Positions 35,374 to 46,200 of a DNA stretch of 64,000 nt are shown here, piece after piece. The DNA lies in contig DASYER010000075.1 of the NCBI GenBank assembly GCA_036498905.1, positions 7,968 to 71,967 of the forward strand, read 5' to 3'. The notes under the pieces are model-generated. The model searched no databases, was not told where the DNA came from, and saw only the letters and a list, made by a program, of their open reading frames with translations. Position numbers and translations under genes: made by a program. The DNA is from Steroidobacteraceae bacterium (lineage in GTDB: Bacteria > Pseudomonadota > Gammaproteobacteria > Steroidobacterales > Steroidobacteraceae). Position 1 is the first letter of the stretch, and each line of letters begins with the position of its first letter.

Positions 35374-37221
35374 GTGCGCGCATTGAATATTCCCGCGAAC
35401 ATCGATCCGGATAGTCCGTTGACCATTGAAGATTACGCGCTCATCGGCGACTGCACGACTGCGGCGCTCGTTGGCGCCAACGGCTCGATCGATTGGTTGT
35501 GCTGGCCGCGATTCGACAGCGGCGCCTGCTTTGCGGCGTTGTTGGGACACTCCAAACATGGGCGCTGGTCGATCAATCCCGCCGGCGAGATCTCCGCGAT
35601 CACCCGCATGTACCTCAAGGATACGGTCATCCTGGAGACATTGTTTGAGACCGCCGAGGGCACTGTAGCGCTGATTGACTTCATGCCCGTGAACCAGGGC
35701 GCCTCCTCCGTGATTCGCATTGTCGAGGGCCGGCGCGGTCGGGTGGCCATGCGCATGAATCTCACCCTTCGTTTCGACTATGGATCATCGGTTCCATGGG
35801 TCTCTCGCCTGGAGGAAGGCGACGGCAATGTCGCAATTGCCGGTGCGAATCTTGCCGTGATTCGAACCTCGGTCGCGCTGCGTGGCGAAGGCCTCTCCAC
35901 CGCCGCGGATTTCGACGTCGCACCGGGCCAGCGGATTGCATTCGTGCTCAGTTATGGACTGTCGCACCGGGCGCCGCCCCCCGCCGTGGACTGCGAGGCG
36001 GCCCTGCGCGAGACACTGGAATTTTGGACCCGTTGGTCGGCGCGCTGCACCTACAGCGGCAATCGACGCGATATCGTGGTTCGCTCCCTCCTCACCCTCA
36101 AAGCCATGACCTTTGCCGAAACCGGGGCCATCGTCGCTGCGCCCACGACTTCCCTTCCGGAACAGCTCGGGGGACCGCGCAATTGGGACTACCGCTACTG
36201 CTGGGTTCGCGATGCGACACTGACCCTGACGGCGCTCATGGGCGGCGGGTACTTCGAAGAGGCCGGCGCCTGGCGTGACTGGCTGCACCGAGCGGTCGCG
36301 GGTACGCCTGAGGATCTGCAAATCATGTACGGCATCTTCGGCGAGCGCCGCCTGGCCGAATGGGAGGTTCCGTGGCTTCCCGGCTATCACGACGCCGCCC
36401 CCGTGCGTATCGGCAATGCCGCCTCCGGGCAGCTGCAGCTGGACGTATGGGGCGAAATGATGGATGCGCTGCACCTGGCACGCGAAGGCGGCCTGGCGAG
36501 CTCTGAATCCGCGTGGAATGTGCAGTGCCGGGCACTTGAGCACCTAGCCGGCATCTGGAAGGAGCCGGATGATGGCATCTGGGAGGTCAGAGGCCCGCGC
36601 CTGCATTTCACGCATTCGAAAATCATGGCCTGGGTCGCCTTCGACCGATGCATCAAGGATGCCGAAAAATATTCTCTGGACGCCCCGCTTGCGCAGTGGC
36701 GCCGAATCCGCGATGAGATCCACCGAACGGTGTTGGACCGAGGCTTCCACCCCGGGCTTCAGTCCTTTACCCAAAGCTTCGGCTCACAGGAGCTGGATGC
36801 GAGTCTGTTGCTGATTGCGCATGTGGGATTCCTACCCATTGATGATCCACGCGTGACCGGCACGATCGCCGCCATCGAGCGTGACCTGATGATTGACGGA
36901 CTGGTCATGCGTTATCGAAGCGAGAGTGGCGCGGACGGCCTGCCGGCTGGCGAAGGCGTCTTCATCCCCTGCAGTTTCTGGCTCGTCGACGCCTATCAAA
37001 GACAGGGCCGCCAGGGGGACGCGGACCGGCTGCTTACGAAGCTGCTGAGCCTGCGCAATGACGTTGGCCTGTTGAGTGAGGAGTACGACACCCACGCGAA
37101 GCGCCAGGTCGGCAACTTCCCGCAGGCCTTCTCGCATCTCGCATTGGTGCAGAGCGTGCTCGGCGCCCATGAAGGAATGCCGCTGCGCGACTCAATTGCA
37201 TCGAACCAGACATCTATGTAG
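35374..37221 (+). CDS. glycoside hydrolase family 15 (glucoamylase/trehalase-like)
   Basis: The N-terminus IEDYALIGDCTTAALVGANGSIDWLCWPRFDSGACFAALLG is the classic bacterial GH15 opening. Further motifs are NWDYRYCWVRDA and FPQAFSHLALV. The start is GTG 35374 or TTG 35383. Confidence 0.9.
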   Translation: MRALNIPANIDPDSPLTIEDYALIGDCTTAALVGANGSIDWLCWPRFDSGACFAALLGHSKHGRWSINPAGEISAITRMYLKDTVILETLFETAEGTVALIDFMPVNQGASSVIRIVEGRRGRVAMRMNLTLRFDYGSSVPWVSRLEEGDGNVAIAGANLAVIRTSVALRGEGLSTAADFDVAPGQRIAFVLSYGLSHRAPPPAVDCEAALRETLEFWTRWSARCTYSGNRRDIVVRSLLTLKAMTFAETGAIVAAPTTSLPEQLGGPRNWDYRYCWVRDATLTLTALMGGGYFEEAGAWRDWLHRAVAGTPEDLQIMYGIFGERRLAEWEVPWLPGYHDAAPVRIGNAASGQLQLDVWGEMMDALHLAREGGLASSESAWNVQCRALEHLAGIWKEPDDGIWEVRGPRLHFTHSKIMAWVAFDRCIKDAEKYSLDAPLAQWRRIRDEIHRTVLDRGFHPGLQSFTQSFGSQELDASLLLIAHVGFLPIDDPRVTGTIAAIERDLMIDGLVMRYRSESGADGLPAGEGVFIPCSFWLVDAYQRQGRQGDADRLLTKLLSLRNDVGLLSEEYDTHAKRQVGNFPQAFSHLALVQSVLGAHEGMPLRDSIASNQTSM

Positions 37222-37231
37222 ACTAGCGACT

Positions 37232-37543
37232 ATGGGTACGCAAGAACGGCCCGTCCGGATGTCCTTGCAGACGCTTCGCGTCTTGGAAGCGTTTCTGGAG
37301 AATCCAAACGGCGAGCTATCCGGAGCGGATGTCCAAAAACGCGGTGGCCTGGCATCAGGCACGTTGTATCCCATATTGCTGCGACTGGAGGCTGCCGGAT
37401 GGTTCGTCAGTCGCTGGGAGTCCATTGACCCGGCTGCCGAAGGTCGCCCGCGGCGCCGCCTCTATCGCCTGACACCTACCGGGCTTGCGCGCGCCAGTGA
37501 GGTCTTCTCGGCTTTCAGCTTTCGACGAGGATCTCCGGCATGA
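37232..37543 (+). CDS. PadR-family transcriptional regulator (short, 103 aa)
   Basis: Winged-helix block SGTLYPILLRLEAAGWFVSRWE...GRPRRRLYRLTPTG. Confidence 0.85.
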   Translation: MGTQERPVRMSLQTLRVLEAFLENPNGELSGADVQKRGGLASGTLYPILLRLEAAGWFVSRWESIDPAAEGRPRRRLYRLTPTGLARASEVFSAFSFRRGSPA

Positions 37544-38244
37544 ACAATCTTCGCTGGATCAACGGCATCGCCTCGCGACTGATCGCAAGCGCCGCCGATC
37601 GTGCACCTGAATCATGCTCCGAGCGGCTGCACGAGGAATGGCTCGCCCACTCGTTGGAACTGTCTGCGGCCACGTCGCGCCTGAAGTTCGCCCTCGGCTG
37701 TTATTGGGCCGTAATGGTGATCAGCAGGCAGGGCCTCGGCATCAGCGTCACGAATGCGATCAGCACGGCACCGACAGGAGCAGCGATCATGACAGCCCAT
37801 GCCCGACCCGCTATCCCATTGTTTGCGCACGAAGCCCACTCCACCGCCGCGGCAAACATCCTGTGCGAGATCAATACGACACCGCTGATCGACGTCATGC
37901 TCGTGCTGCTGATCACGCTGATCCTCACACTTCCGATCCTGACGCATGGCGTGAGGATCGAGCTGCCGCACGGGACACCGCCTCCGGTGAGGGTGCAACC
38001 GGAGGCCATCGATCTGGACATCGAATTCGACGGCACCGTGCTGTGGAATGGTAATAGCGTTCAGAGCATGCCGCAGCTTGAGAGCTACTTTCGCGCCGAA
38101 GCTGTCAAGGATCCGCAGCCCGAGATTCACCTGCGGCCGAATTCTCACGTCCGCTACGATGTCGTGGCGAAGGTACTCGCACTGGCCCAGCGAAACCAAC
38201 TGAAGAAGGTCGGATTCATCAATACGGGTACGTTCCAGAACTGA
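37540..38244 (+). CDS. membrane protein: PadR-associated N-terminal module fused to an ExbD/TolR domain
   Basis: ATGA overlap with the PadR gene. Residues ~110-234 form a complete ExbD/TolR unit (EINTTPLIDVMLVLLITLILTLP plus periplasmic domain). Residues 1-~70 carry another TM segment and an ERLHEEWLAH helix. Confidence 0.75.
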   Translation: MNNLRWINGIASRLIASAADRAPESCSERLHEEWLAHSLELSAATSRLKFALGCYWAVMVISRQGLGISVTNAISTAPTGAAIMTAHARPAIPLFAHEAHSTAAANILCEINTTPLIDVMLVLLITLILTLPILTHGVRIELPHGTPPPVRVQPEAIDLDIEFDGTVLWNGNSVQSMPQLESYFRAEAVKDPQPEIHLRPNSHVRYDVVAKVLALAQRNQLKKVGFINTGTFQN

Positions 38245-38294
38245 TCTTTCGGGCCACAAATTGCTCATGAGAGCATCCTTCAGTAGGATGAATC

Positions 38295-40052
38295 ATGGGG
38301 AAGTGGAACGAGAGCAATCGCGTCTGGGAGCCCGATGAGACGTTGCTGAGCCTCGAGGAACTCGCGCTGTGCACGCGCGCCTGCGACGACGATCGCTACC
38401 GCACGCCGATACCGACCCAGATGGTGTCAAACGGCGAGTATCTGCCGGCACCGCAGACCGAGGCACAGAAGAGAGTCGAAGCCGGGGTCCATGAGCTCGC
38501 GGATGCGACCAGCCGACGCTTGGGAGTCAGCCGTCGCCGCTTTCTGGCCGGCACGGGCGGCATGGCGGCCTCCTTTCTCGCCATCAACGAGGTCTTCGGA
38601 CCGTTCTTCAAAGTCGACCCGCTGGAAATGCTGGTGCCGGAAGCCTACGCACAAGGCGGAGCACCGCGGGATCTGTTCGTTTTCGATGATCAGCTTCACT
38701 TAGTCAGAGGCAGCCGCGGCAAAAGCCTCGGTTCGTTGCGCGCCCTGGCAGAGGGACCCTCAATCGGCCCCTCGCTGGGTATGCAGGCCAACCCTTTCAA
38801 TCGCGCCGGACACCTGGACGAACACGGCCAACCCTGGGGTGTCTGGAACCCGGCGCTCGTGGGCCTGCCGTTCAATCCGGAGAATTTCCTGCTCACGGAC
38901 TTCGTCCGGCAGGTGTATCTGGAGAGCCAGGTCACGGTGGGCATGCTCACCAATGTACCCGCCAGTGTGATCGATACCGGCGATCGGGCACCACGCAATG
39001 TGGTCGAGGCGCGCGGGGGAGAGATCCTCACCGCTGCGCAGACGGCGGCCGCACGTGACTTCATCAACGAGGTCGCAGGATCGCGCCGCGCGCTGGCGCA
39101 CGGGATGCTGTACGTCGGCAAGGGCAATCTGGACTACATCCATGAGCAGATCGAGCAGAACAGTCCGGACTCCTGGAAAGGGTACAACATCGCGAACGCC
39201 GCGAAAGTGGACGAGAATCCGTTGAGCCTGATGAAGCAGTGGCGGCATGACGACGAGCAGGTCGCCTATCCCACCTTCGCGGCCATCGACAAGGCGTACG
39301 CCCAACGCAAGGCGGCTCATCCGGGCTTCAACAATATCTGTGTGCACAAGGGTCTGGTGAACACCAAGGAGCAGCGCCCCGAGATCGGCCATCCCGCGGA
39401 CCTGCCGAAGGCTGCGCGGGACTGGCCAAATCTGAATTTCATCACCTATCACGCCTGCATCCAGCCGTCGTTCTTCATGTACGACGCGCTGGCGGAGATC
39501 CATGCGGGCAGGCTACGCGAAGGCGTACCCGACATCAGCTGGACCACCGAGTACGCCCTGCTGTGCCGGGATCTGAAGAATACCTACGCTGAGCTTGGCA
39601 CCACCTGGGCCTCATCCATCATCACTTTCCCGACCGTCGCGGCACACATCATGGGCCAGCTACTGAAATTCATGGGGCCCGATCGGATAGTCTTTGGCTC
39701 GGACTCCGTGTGGTACGGCTCGCCACAGTGGCAGATCGAGGCGATGTGGCGCTTCCAGATCCCGGAGGAAATGCGCCGCCGCTATGGGTATCCGCAGTTC
39801 ACGAACGAGGACAAGCGCAAAATCCTGGGCCTGAATTCCGCGCGTCTGTATGGCATCGACGTACCACGCAATTTCGCGCCGCATTTCAAGCCGGTGCCTG
39901 CCGACTATGCGAGCAAAATGACGGACAGTCTGAAGCACTTCATGGAGATGCCCGGCTATACGGCAGATAACCTGGCGCGGGCCAGGCAGCGATACGTGGA
40001 GACCGGGCTGACGCCCGACCACACGCGCTACGGTTGGGTGCGCAATTCATGA
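38295..40052 (+). CDS. Tat-exported amidohydrolase-superfamily protein (585 aa)
   Basis: Twin-arginine motif SRRRFLAGTGGMAASFLA. Late His/Asp pattern (ICVHKGL, ITYHAC, IVFGSDSVWYG) resembles TIM-barrel metal-dependent hydrolases. Confidence 0.65.
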   Translation: MGKWNESNRVWEPDETLLSLEELALCTRACDDDRYRTPIPTQMVSNGEYLPAPQTEAQKRVEAGVHELADATSRRLGVSRRRFLAGTGGMAASFLAINEVFGPFFKVDPLEMLVPEAYAQGGAPRDLFVFDDQLHLVRGSRGKSLGSLRALAEGPSIGPSLGMQANPFNRAGHLDEHGQPWGVWNPALVGLPFNPENFLLTDFVRQVYLESQVTVGMLTNVPASVIDTGDRAPRNVVEARGGEILTAAQTAAARDFINEVAGSRRALAHGMLYVGKGNLDYIHEQIEQNSPDSWKGYNIANAAKVDENPLSLMKQWRHDDEQVAYPTFAAIDKAYAQRKAAHPGFNNICVHKGLVNTKEQRPEIGHPADLPKAARDWPNLNFITYHACIQPSFFMYDALAEIHAGRLREGVPDISWTTEYALLCRDLKNTYAELGTTWASSIITFPTVAAHIMGQLLKFMGPDRIVFGSDSVWYGSPQWQIEAMWRFQIPEEMRRRYGYPQFTNEDKRKILGLNSARLYGIDVPRNFAPHFKPVPADYASKMTDSLKHFMEMPGYTADNLARARQRYVETGLTPDHTRYGWVRNS

Positions 40053-41698
40053 GAGTGCCGCCGCAGGTCAGCGCCGCTGACTATGCCAAGGCGCTCGGCG
40101 AATTCGCGCAGGTGGTCGGAGCCGACTGGGTATTCACGAGCGACGAGGACCTCGATCTCTACCGTGACGCCTTCTCGCCATTCCTGAACGAGCCCGAGGA
40201 GAAAACCGCCTCTGGCGCGCTGGCACCGGTGTCCACCGAACAGGTGCAGCAGATCGTGCGCATCGCGAACAAGTACCGCATCCCGCTCTACCCGATCTCG
40301 ACGGGCCGGAACCTCGGTTACGGTGGCTCGGCGCCGGTGTACTCGGGCAGTGTAGTGCTGGACCTCAAACGCATGAACCGGATCATCGAGGTCAACGAGG
40401 AGCACGCGTTCGCACTGGTTGAACCCGGCGTCAGTTACTTCGATCTGTACCGCTATATTCAGGATCACAAGCTCAAAGTGTGGATCGACTGCCCGGACCC
40501 GGGTTGGGGCAGTCTCGTGGGCAATGCTCTGGATCGTGGCGGTGGCTATACCACCGCCAACTATCGCAATCACTTCGATTCCCACTGCGGTATGGAGATA
40601 GTTCTCCCGGACGGGGAGCTGCTGCGCACCGGCATGGGTGCGATTCCGAACGCCCAGACCTGGCAGCAGTACAAGTCCGGCTGCGGACCTTGGATCGATG
40701 GCATCTTTTCGCAATCGAACTACGGTGTCGTCACCAAGATGGGGTTCTGGCTGATGCCCGAGCCGGAGGCCTATCTGCGCTGCACCGTGAGCGTGCCGCG
40801 CTATCAGGACCTGACGCCGCTGGTCGAGACCCTCAACTTTGTCGAGAACAGCCGCATCACCAGCGGCTTCCCGGACATCGAGTCTCCGCTGCTCGGCTAC
40901 CCTCCGGTCGGCCAGATCCAGCAGTTGAATGAGACCGGCCCACCGCAGATGAGCCCGGAGCATCTGAAGCTCATGGCGGGCACGAAGCTGGGGTTCTCAC
41001 CTGAGATCGAGGCCTATGGTGTGCGCGCCGGCATCCCCTACTGGCGGCTGTGGCTGAGTTTCTATGGTCCCGAAGAAGTCATTCAGGCGCAGTGGCGCGC
41101 CACCCAGCGGCATTTTTCACGCATCGCCGGGGCAAAATTCGCGGTGGTCGACCAGCTGAAGCTGCCCGTGAATGCCGAGCAGGCCACCCAGTATCACGAG
41201 CCCGAGCTCGGGGTTCCTTCCCTGCGCGCCTTCTCCATCGGCGCACGCACGCCGTGGAATCCGACGCCCTCGAAGGGCCATATGTGGTTCTCGCCCATCA
41301 TTCCGCGCACCGGCGCGGCGATCATCGAGGCGAACCGTGTATTCAGCGAGGCCGCGAAGTCCTTAGGGATGCCCCTGTTCACGACCTTCACCCTGCCGGC
41401 CTGTTTCTGGGAGCGCTCCTTCATCTTCATTCTCGCAACGCCGGTGACCGAGGATCCGAAAACGAACAAGCGTTATCGCGAAGGGTTCAAGAAACTGATC
41501 GAGGTCGGCGGCCAGCATGGCTGGGGCGAGTACCGCACCGCTCCGGTGTTCCAGAAATCCGTCATGGACGTGTATTCCTTCAACCACCATGCCCTGCAGC
41601 GTTTCCACGCCACGCTGAAGGATGCAATCGATCCCAACGGCATTCTCTCGGCCGGACGTTACGACATCTGGCCGAAGCATCTGCGAGGCAAGAGCTGA
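40049..41698 (+). CDS. FAD-linked oxidase, vanillyl-alcohol oxidase / p-cresol methylhydroxylase (PchF)-like
   Basis: ATGA overlap with the upstream stop. FAD_binding_4-like N-terminal part (IPLYPISTGRNLGYGGSAP, VVLDLKRMNRIIEVNEE) in a 549-aa protein of VAO/PCMH size. Confidence 0.85.
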   Translation: MRVPPQVSAADYAKALGEFAQVVGADWVFTSDEDLDLYRDAFSPFLNEPEEKTASGALAPVSTEQVQQIVRIANKYRIPLYPISTGRNLGYGGSAPVYSGSVVLDLKRMNRIIEVNEEHAFALVEPGVSYFDLYRYIQDHKLKVWIDCPDPGWGSLVGNALDRGGGYTTANYRNHFDSHCGMEIVLPDGELLRTGMGAIPNAQTWQQYKSGCGPWIDGIFSQSNYGVVTKMGFWLMPEPEAYLRCTVSVPRYQDLTPLVETLNFVENSRITSGFPDIESPLLGYPPVGQIQQLNETGPPQMSPEHLKLMAGTKLGFSPEIEAYGVRAGIPYWRLWLSFYGPEEVIQAQWRATQRHFSRIAGAKFAVVDQLKLPVNAEQATQYHEPELGVPSLRAFSIGARTPWNPTPSKGHMWFSPIIPRTGAAIIEANRVFSEAAKSLGMPLFTTFTLPACFWERSFIFILATPVTEDPKTNKRYREGFKKLIEVGGQHGWGEYRTAPVFQKSVMDVYSFNHHALQRFHATLKDAIDPNGILSAGRYDIWPKHLRGKS

Positions 41699-42069
41699 TG
41701 AGCATGCGCGCGCTCGCCGTCAGTGTGGCCGCGGGCTTCCTCTTTCCCATGGGCGCATCCGGGATCACGCGAGCCGACAGCCTCGCTCCACGCTATGCGG
41801 CCGGACGGGCCGTCTATGAAAAATGGTGTGCGGCCTGCCACGATCCGGGAATCATCCATCCCGGCACCCACGCACTGATGACGAAATACCCGAACGGCAG
41901 CCGCGCCTCCGGCTTGATCACTGCATGGACCGATCTGCCGGCCACCTACGTCGCGTTCATGGTCAGGCATGGCATGTCTGTCATGCCGCCGTTTCGCAAG
42001 ACCGAAATCAGCAATGGCGAACTCGCGGCCCTGAGCGCTTACCTGTCCCGCAATACACCCGCCCAATAA
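41698..42069 (+). CDS. small c-type cytochrome (PchC-like partner)
   Basis: TGATG junction with the flavoprotein gene. Signal peptide, CAACH heme motif and a distal Met region (HGMSVMPPF). Confidence 0.8.
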   Translation: MSMRALAVSVAAGFLFPMGASGITRADSLAPRYAAGRAVYEKWCAACHDPGIIHPGTHALMTKYPNGSRASGLITAWTDLPATYVAFMVRHGMSVMPPFRKTEISNGELAALSAYLSRNTPAQ

Positions 42070-42149
42070 CCGCTTCGGGCAGGAGTACACTGGGTAAAAA
42101 CCGGTCGGGCCTGGCGGCAGGACCCAAACCGGGGCATTAAAAAGGTCAG

Positions 42150-43289
42150 GTGATGGCGGGGTCCAAGCGACGTTCATGGGTACTGGTGGGGGTATGCGCC
42201 GCGGCGGTCGCATTGTTTGGCTGGGTTCTTTTTCACAAGACGCCTCAGCCGAAATCTCCGCCACCGGTGACGGCCATCGCTGTAGCGACGGTTCAGAAGC
42301 GCAACGTACTGGTCTCGATCAATGCCTTAGGACAGGCCCAGGGCTGGCAGGCGGTCACCGTGCGGCCCCAGGTCAACGGCAGGTTGTTGCGGGTACCCGT
42401 GCGCGAGGGCTCGGAGGTGGCCGCGGGCGCCCTACTCGCCGAAATCGATCCCGCCCCGTTCCGCGCGGCGTTGATGCAATCTCAGGGCGCCCTGGCGCGT
42501 GACCAGGCCCAGCTGAAACTGGCCAAGCTGAAATTGAGCCTCTACCAGCAGCTGTCCACCCAGGATTCCATCGCGACACTGGATGTGGAGACACAGGCCG
42601 CCCTGGTGAGCCAGCTGGAGGGGGATGTGATGCTCGATCAGGGCGCGCTCGCCGCCGCCCAGGTCAATCTGGACTACACCCGCATTCTCGCGCCGGTCGC
42701 GGGCCGAGTTGGTGTTCGCCTGGTGGACGCCGGTAACCTCGTCTCCACCACCGATACCGGCGGCATCCTCACCATCAACCAGATTTCGCCCATCGCGGTG
42801 ACCTTCACTCTGCCGCAGGGTGATTTCCTGCGGCTGGAACAATTCTCGAACGGCTTCCAGAAGCCCCTCGTCACGCAGGCCTATAGCCAGGAGAGTGGCG
42901 AACTGCTGGATACCGGCGAACTGGTCGTGATCGACAATCGGGTCGATCCGGCCACCGCCAGCGTGCAACTGAAGGCGCGTTTCGCCAATGCCCAGCGCCA
43001 TCTTTGGCCGGGACAGCTGCTGAACGTGAAATTGGCCTTGGAAACTCTTCAAGGCGTCGTGGTACTGCCGAGCATCGCCGTCAACCAAGGACCCAATGGG
43101 CCATTCGCTTACGTGGTCGAAAATAATCTGGCGATGCTGCGTCCGGTCGAGTCCGAACTTCAGCAGGACGAGATGACGGTCATCAAGTCCGGAGTGAAGC
43201 CCGGCGATGTCGTGGTCGTCGAAGGCCAGGGGTCGCTGCGCCCGGGCGCCAAGGTCGCCGTGCGTTCCGAAGGCCGTCCCCACGCATGA
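42150..43289 (+). CDS. RND efflux periplasmic adaptor (MFP) subunit
   Basis: N-terminal TM, coiled-coil hairpin and beta-barrel pattern. ATGA overlap with the RND pump gene. Confidence 0.9.
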   Translation: MMAGSKRRSWVLVGVCAAAVALFGWVLFHKTPQPKSPPPVTAIAVATVQKRNVLVSINALGQAQGWQAVTVRPQVNGRLLRVPVREGSEVAAGALLAEIDPAPFRAALMQSQGALARDQAQLKLAKLKLSLYQQLSTQDSIATLDVETQAALVSQLEGDVMLDQGALAAAQVNLDYTRILAPVAGRVGVRLVDAGNLVSTTDTGGILTINQISPIAVTFTLPQGDFLRLEQFSNGFQKPLVTQAYSQESGELLDTGELVVIDNRVDPATASVQLKARFANAQRHLWPGQLLNVKLALETLQGVVVLPSIAVNQGPNGPFAYVVENNLAMLRPVESELQQDEMTVIKSGVKPGDVVVVEGQGSLRPGAKVAVRSEGRPHA

Positions 43290-46200
43290 ATCTCTCGGCC
43301 ACCTTCATCCGCCGACCGGTTGCCACCTCGCTGATCGCGGCGGCGCTGCTGGGGATGGGGCTCATCGCCTATTTCAAGCTGCCCGTGGCCGCGCTGCCCC
43401 TGGTGGATGCGCCCACCATTCAGATCAACGCCAACCTGCCGGGGGCCAGCCCCGAAACCATGGCCTCGAATGTGGCCACGCCCTTGGAACGACAACTGTC
43501 GCTGATCACGGGCATCACGCAGATGACCTCGAACAGCAATCTTGGATCCACTTCGATCACGCTGCAGTTCGATCTGGATCGCAATATCGACGCCGCCGCC
43601 CAGGACGTGCAGGCCGCGATCAGCGCCGCCGGGGGCCAGCTGCCCGCCAACCTGCCCAGTCCACCGGTCATGCGCAAGGTCAATCCAGCCGACAACTCGG
43701 TGCTGATAATCGCGATGACCTCCGACACGGTGCCGATCAACATCGTCAGTGACTATGCCGACAATATTGTGGCCCAGCAGATTTCGCGCATGGATGGTGT
43801 CGGCCAGGTCAACCTCGGCGGTCCGCGCAAACCGGCCATCCGCATCCAGATCGATCCGCGCAAGGCCGCGGCGCTGGGACTGCAGCTGGACCAGATCCGC
43901 AATACCATTGCGCAAGGCACGGTAAATGCACCGAAGGGGCAGCTGCTCGGCCGGCAGCAGACACTCACCGTCTACACCAATGACCAGGCCCTGGACGCCA
44001 AGACCTGGAATGACCTCATCGTCGGTTATAAGAATGGTGCGCCGATCCGGGTGAGCGACCTGGGTGGAGCCATCCTCAGCGTGGAGAACACGCAAAGCGG
44101 CGCGTACAGCGAAGTCGGCAAGGCGGGCAAGTTCACAACCCTCAAGTCTGGCCCGGCGGTTCACGTCGTCGTTTTCAAGCAGCCCGGAGCCAACGTCATT
44201 CAGACGGTTGACGCCGTCAAGGCCGCGATTCCTCAGCTGCGCGCCGCCGTGCCACCCAGCATCAACATGAACGTGATCGCCGACCGCACGGTCACCATCC
44301 GCGCTTCAGTCGCGGAAGTGAAATGGACTTTGCTGATCACCATCGTACTGGTCGTGGTGGTGATCTTCCTGTTCCTGCGCAATGTGATGGCCACCGCCAT
44401 CCCCTCGGCGGTCATACCGGTATCCCTGCTTGCGACGGCAGCGGTGATGCTGCCTGCCAAATTCAGCCTCGACAATCTGAGTCTGATGGCCCTGACCATC
44501 GGCGTCGGCTTCGTCGTCGATGATGCCATAGTCATGGTGGAGGCCATCTGGCGCCGCATCGAACACGGCCAGCGGCCATTCGAGGCCGCCCTGGCCGGAT
44601 CGCGGGAAATCGGCTTTACGATTCTGACGATTTCGACCTCGCTGATCGCGGTATTCACGCCACTGATGTTCATGGGCGGCGTGGTCGGGATCATGATGCG
44701 CGAATTCGCACTGACCTTGAGTGCAGCGGTGACGGTGTCGGTACTGCTGTCCCTGACATTGACCCCGATGTTGTGCGCGCGTTTTCTGAAGGCTCCCAAG
44801 CCGCTGACCTCACCGTTCATGAAAGCCCTGGAGGCAGGCTTCCTGTCACTCGAGCGACGCTACGCGCGCGGGCTTGAGGTGGTGCTGCGCCACCAGTTCA
44901 TCACACTGATGTTCTTCGGCTTCACTCTCATTCTGACCGGCGTGCTCTATGCCACGGCCCAGACGGGCTTCTTTCCGCAGCAGGACACCGGCTTTCTGCA
45001 AGGTACCGTGGTGACTCCGCAGGGCTCGCCATACGCCTATACCGACGAGAAGGCCGTCGCGGCTGCGAGAATTGTCGCGCAGGATCCGGATGTCGAGGAG
45101 GCCCACTACAATGCCGGCGGGTCGGCCCAGGCCTCCCTCAATATCGGTCTGCGTTCCCGGGCCGACGGCCGCAGGGCCAGCGCCACCGACATCATCAACC
45201 GCCTGCGGCCGAAGGTGGCACAGATTGTCGGCACGCAGGTGATCCTGCAGGCCATGCAGGACATCACGATCGGCGGACGCGTCGCACGCGCGCAATACCA
45301 GTACACCCTCTCTGACGGTGACCTGGATGAACTCAATGACTGGACCCCGCGATTGGTCGCCGCGCTGCAAAGCGCACGCGAGCTGACGGATGTCTCCTCT
45401 GACCAGCAATCGCAGGCCCCGGCCGCCAACCTGACCATCGACCGCGATGCGGCCGGGCGTTTCGGGATTTCACCGGCCGACATCGACACGGCAATCTACA
45501 ACCAGGTGGGCCAGCGGCAGGTTGCGCAATACTTCACTCAGCTGAATTCCTACCGCGTCATCATGGAGGCACCGCCGGATCTGCAGCTCGGTCCGGAGCT
45601 GTTCAATGCGGTGCGACTGATCTCACCGGTCACGGGCAAGGCCGTGCCGCTGTCCAGTCTGGTCAAAGTCGACACCGCCAAGACGCGCAGCCTCACGATC
45701 TCGCACCAGGGACAATTTCCCGCGCTGACGATTTCGTTCAACCTCGCCCCGGGAGTCTCACTCGGTGCGGCAACGGCGGCAGTGGAGCGCGCGCGCGAAG
45801 CGCTCGGCGCGCCGGCGACCCTGCAAGGCTCCTTCCAGGGGACCGCGCAGGCCTTCCAGGCCTCGCTCAGGGACGAACCGGTGCTGATCCTGGCGGCGCT
45901 GCTGTCGGTGTACGTGATCCTGGGCGTGCTCTACGAAAGTTATATCCACCCGCTGACCATACTGTCCACGCTCCCCTCGGCCGGCCTGGGCGCCCTTCTG
46001 GCCCTGCGGCTGGCGGGTCACGACCTGGATGTCATCGGCATCATCGCCATCATCCTGCTGATCGGCATCGTCAAGAAGAACGGCATCATGATCGTTGATG
46101 TTGCCCTGAAGCTCGAACGGGAGGAACGCCTGGATCCTGAAGAGGCCGTCAGGCGCGCATCACACCAGCGGCTGCGTCCGATCCTGATGACCACCGTTTG

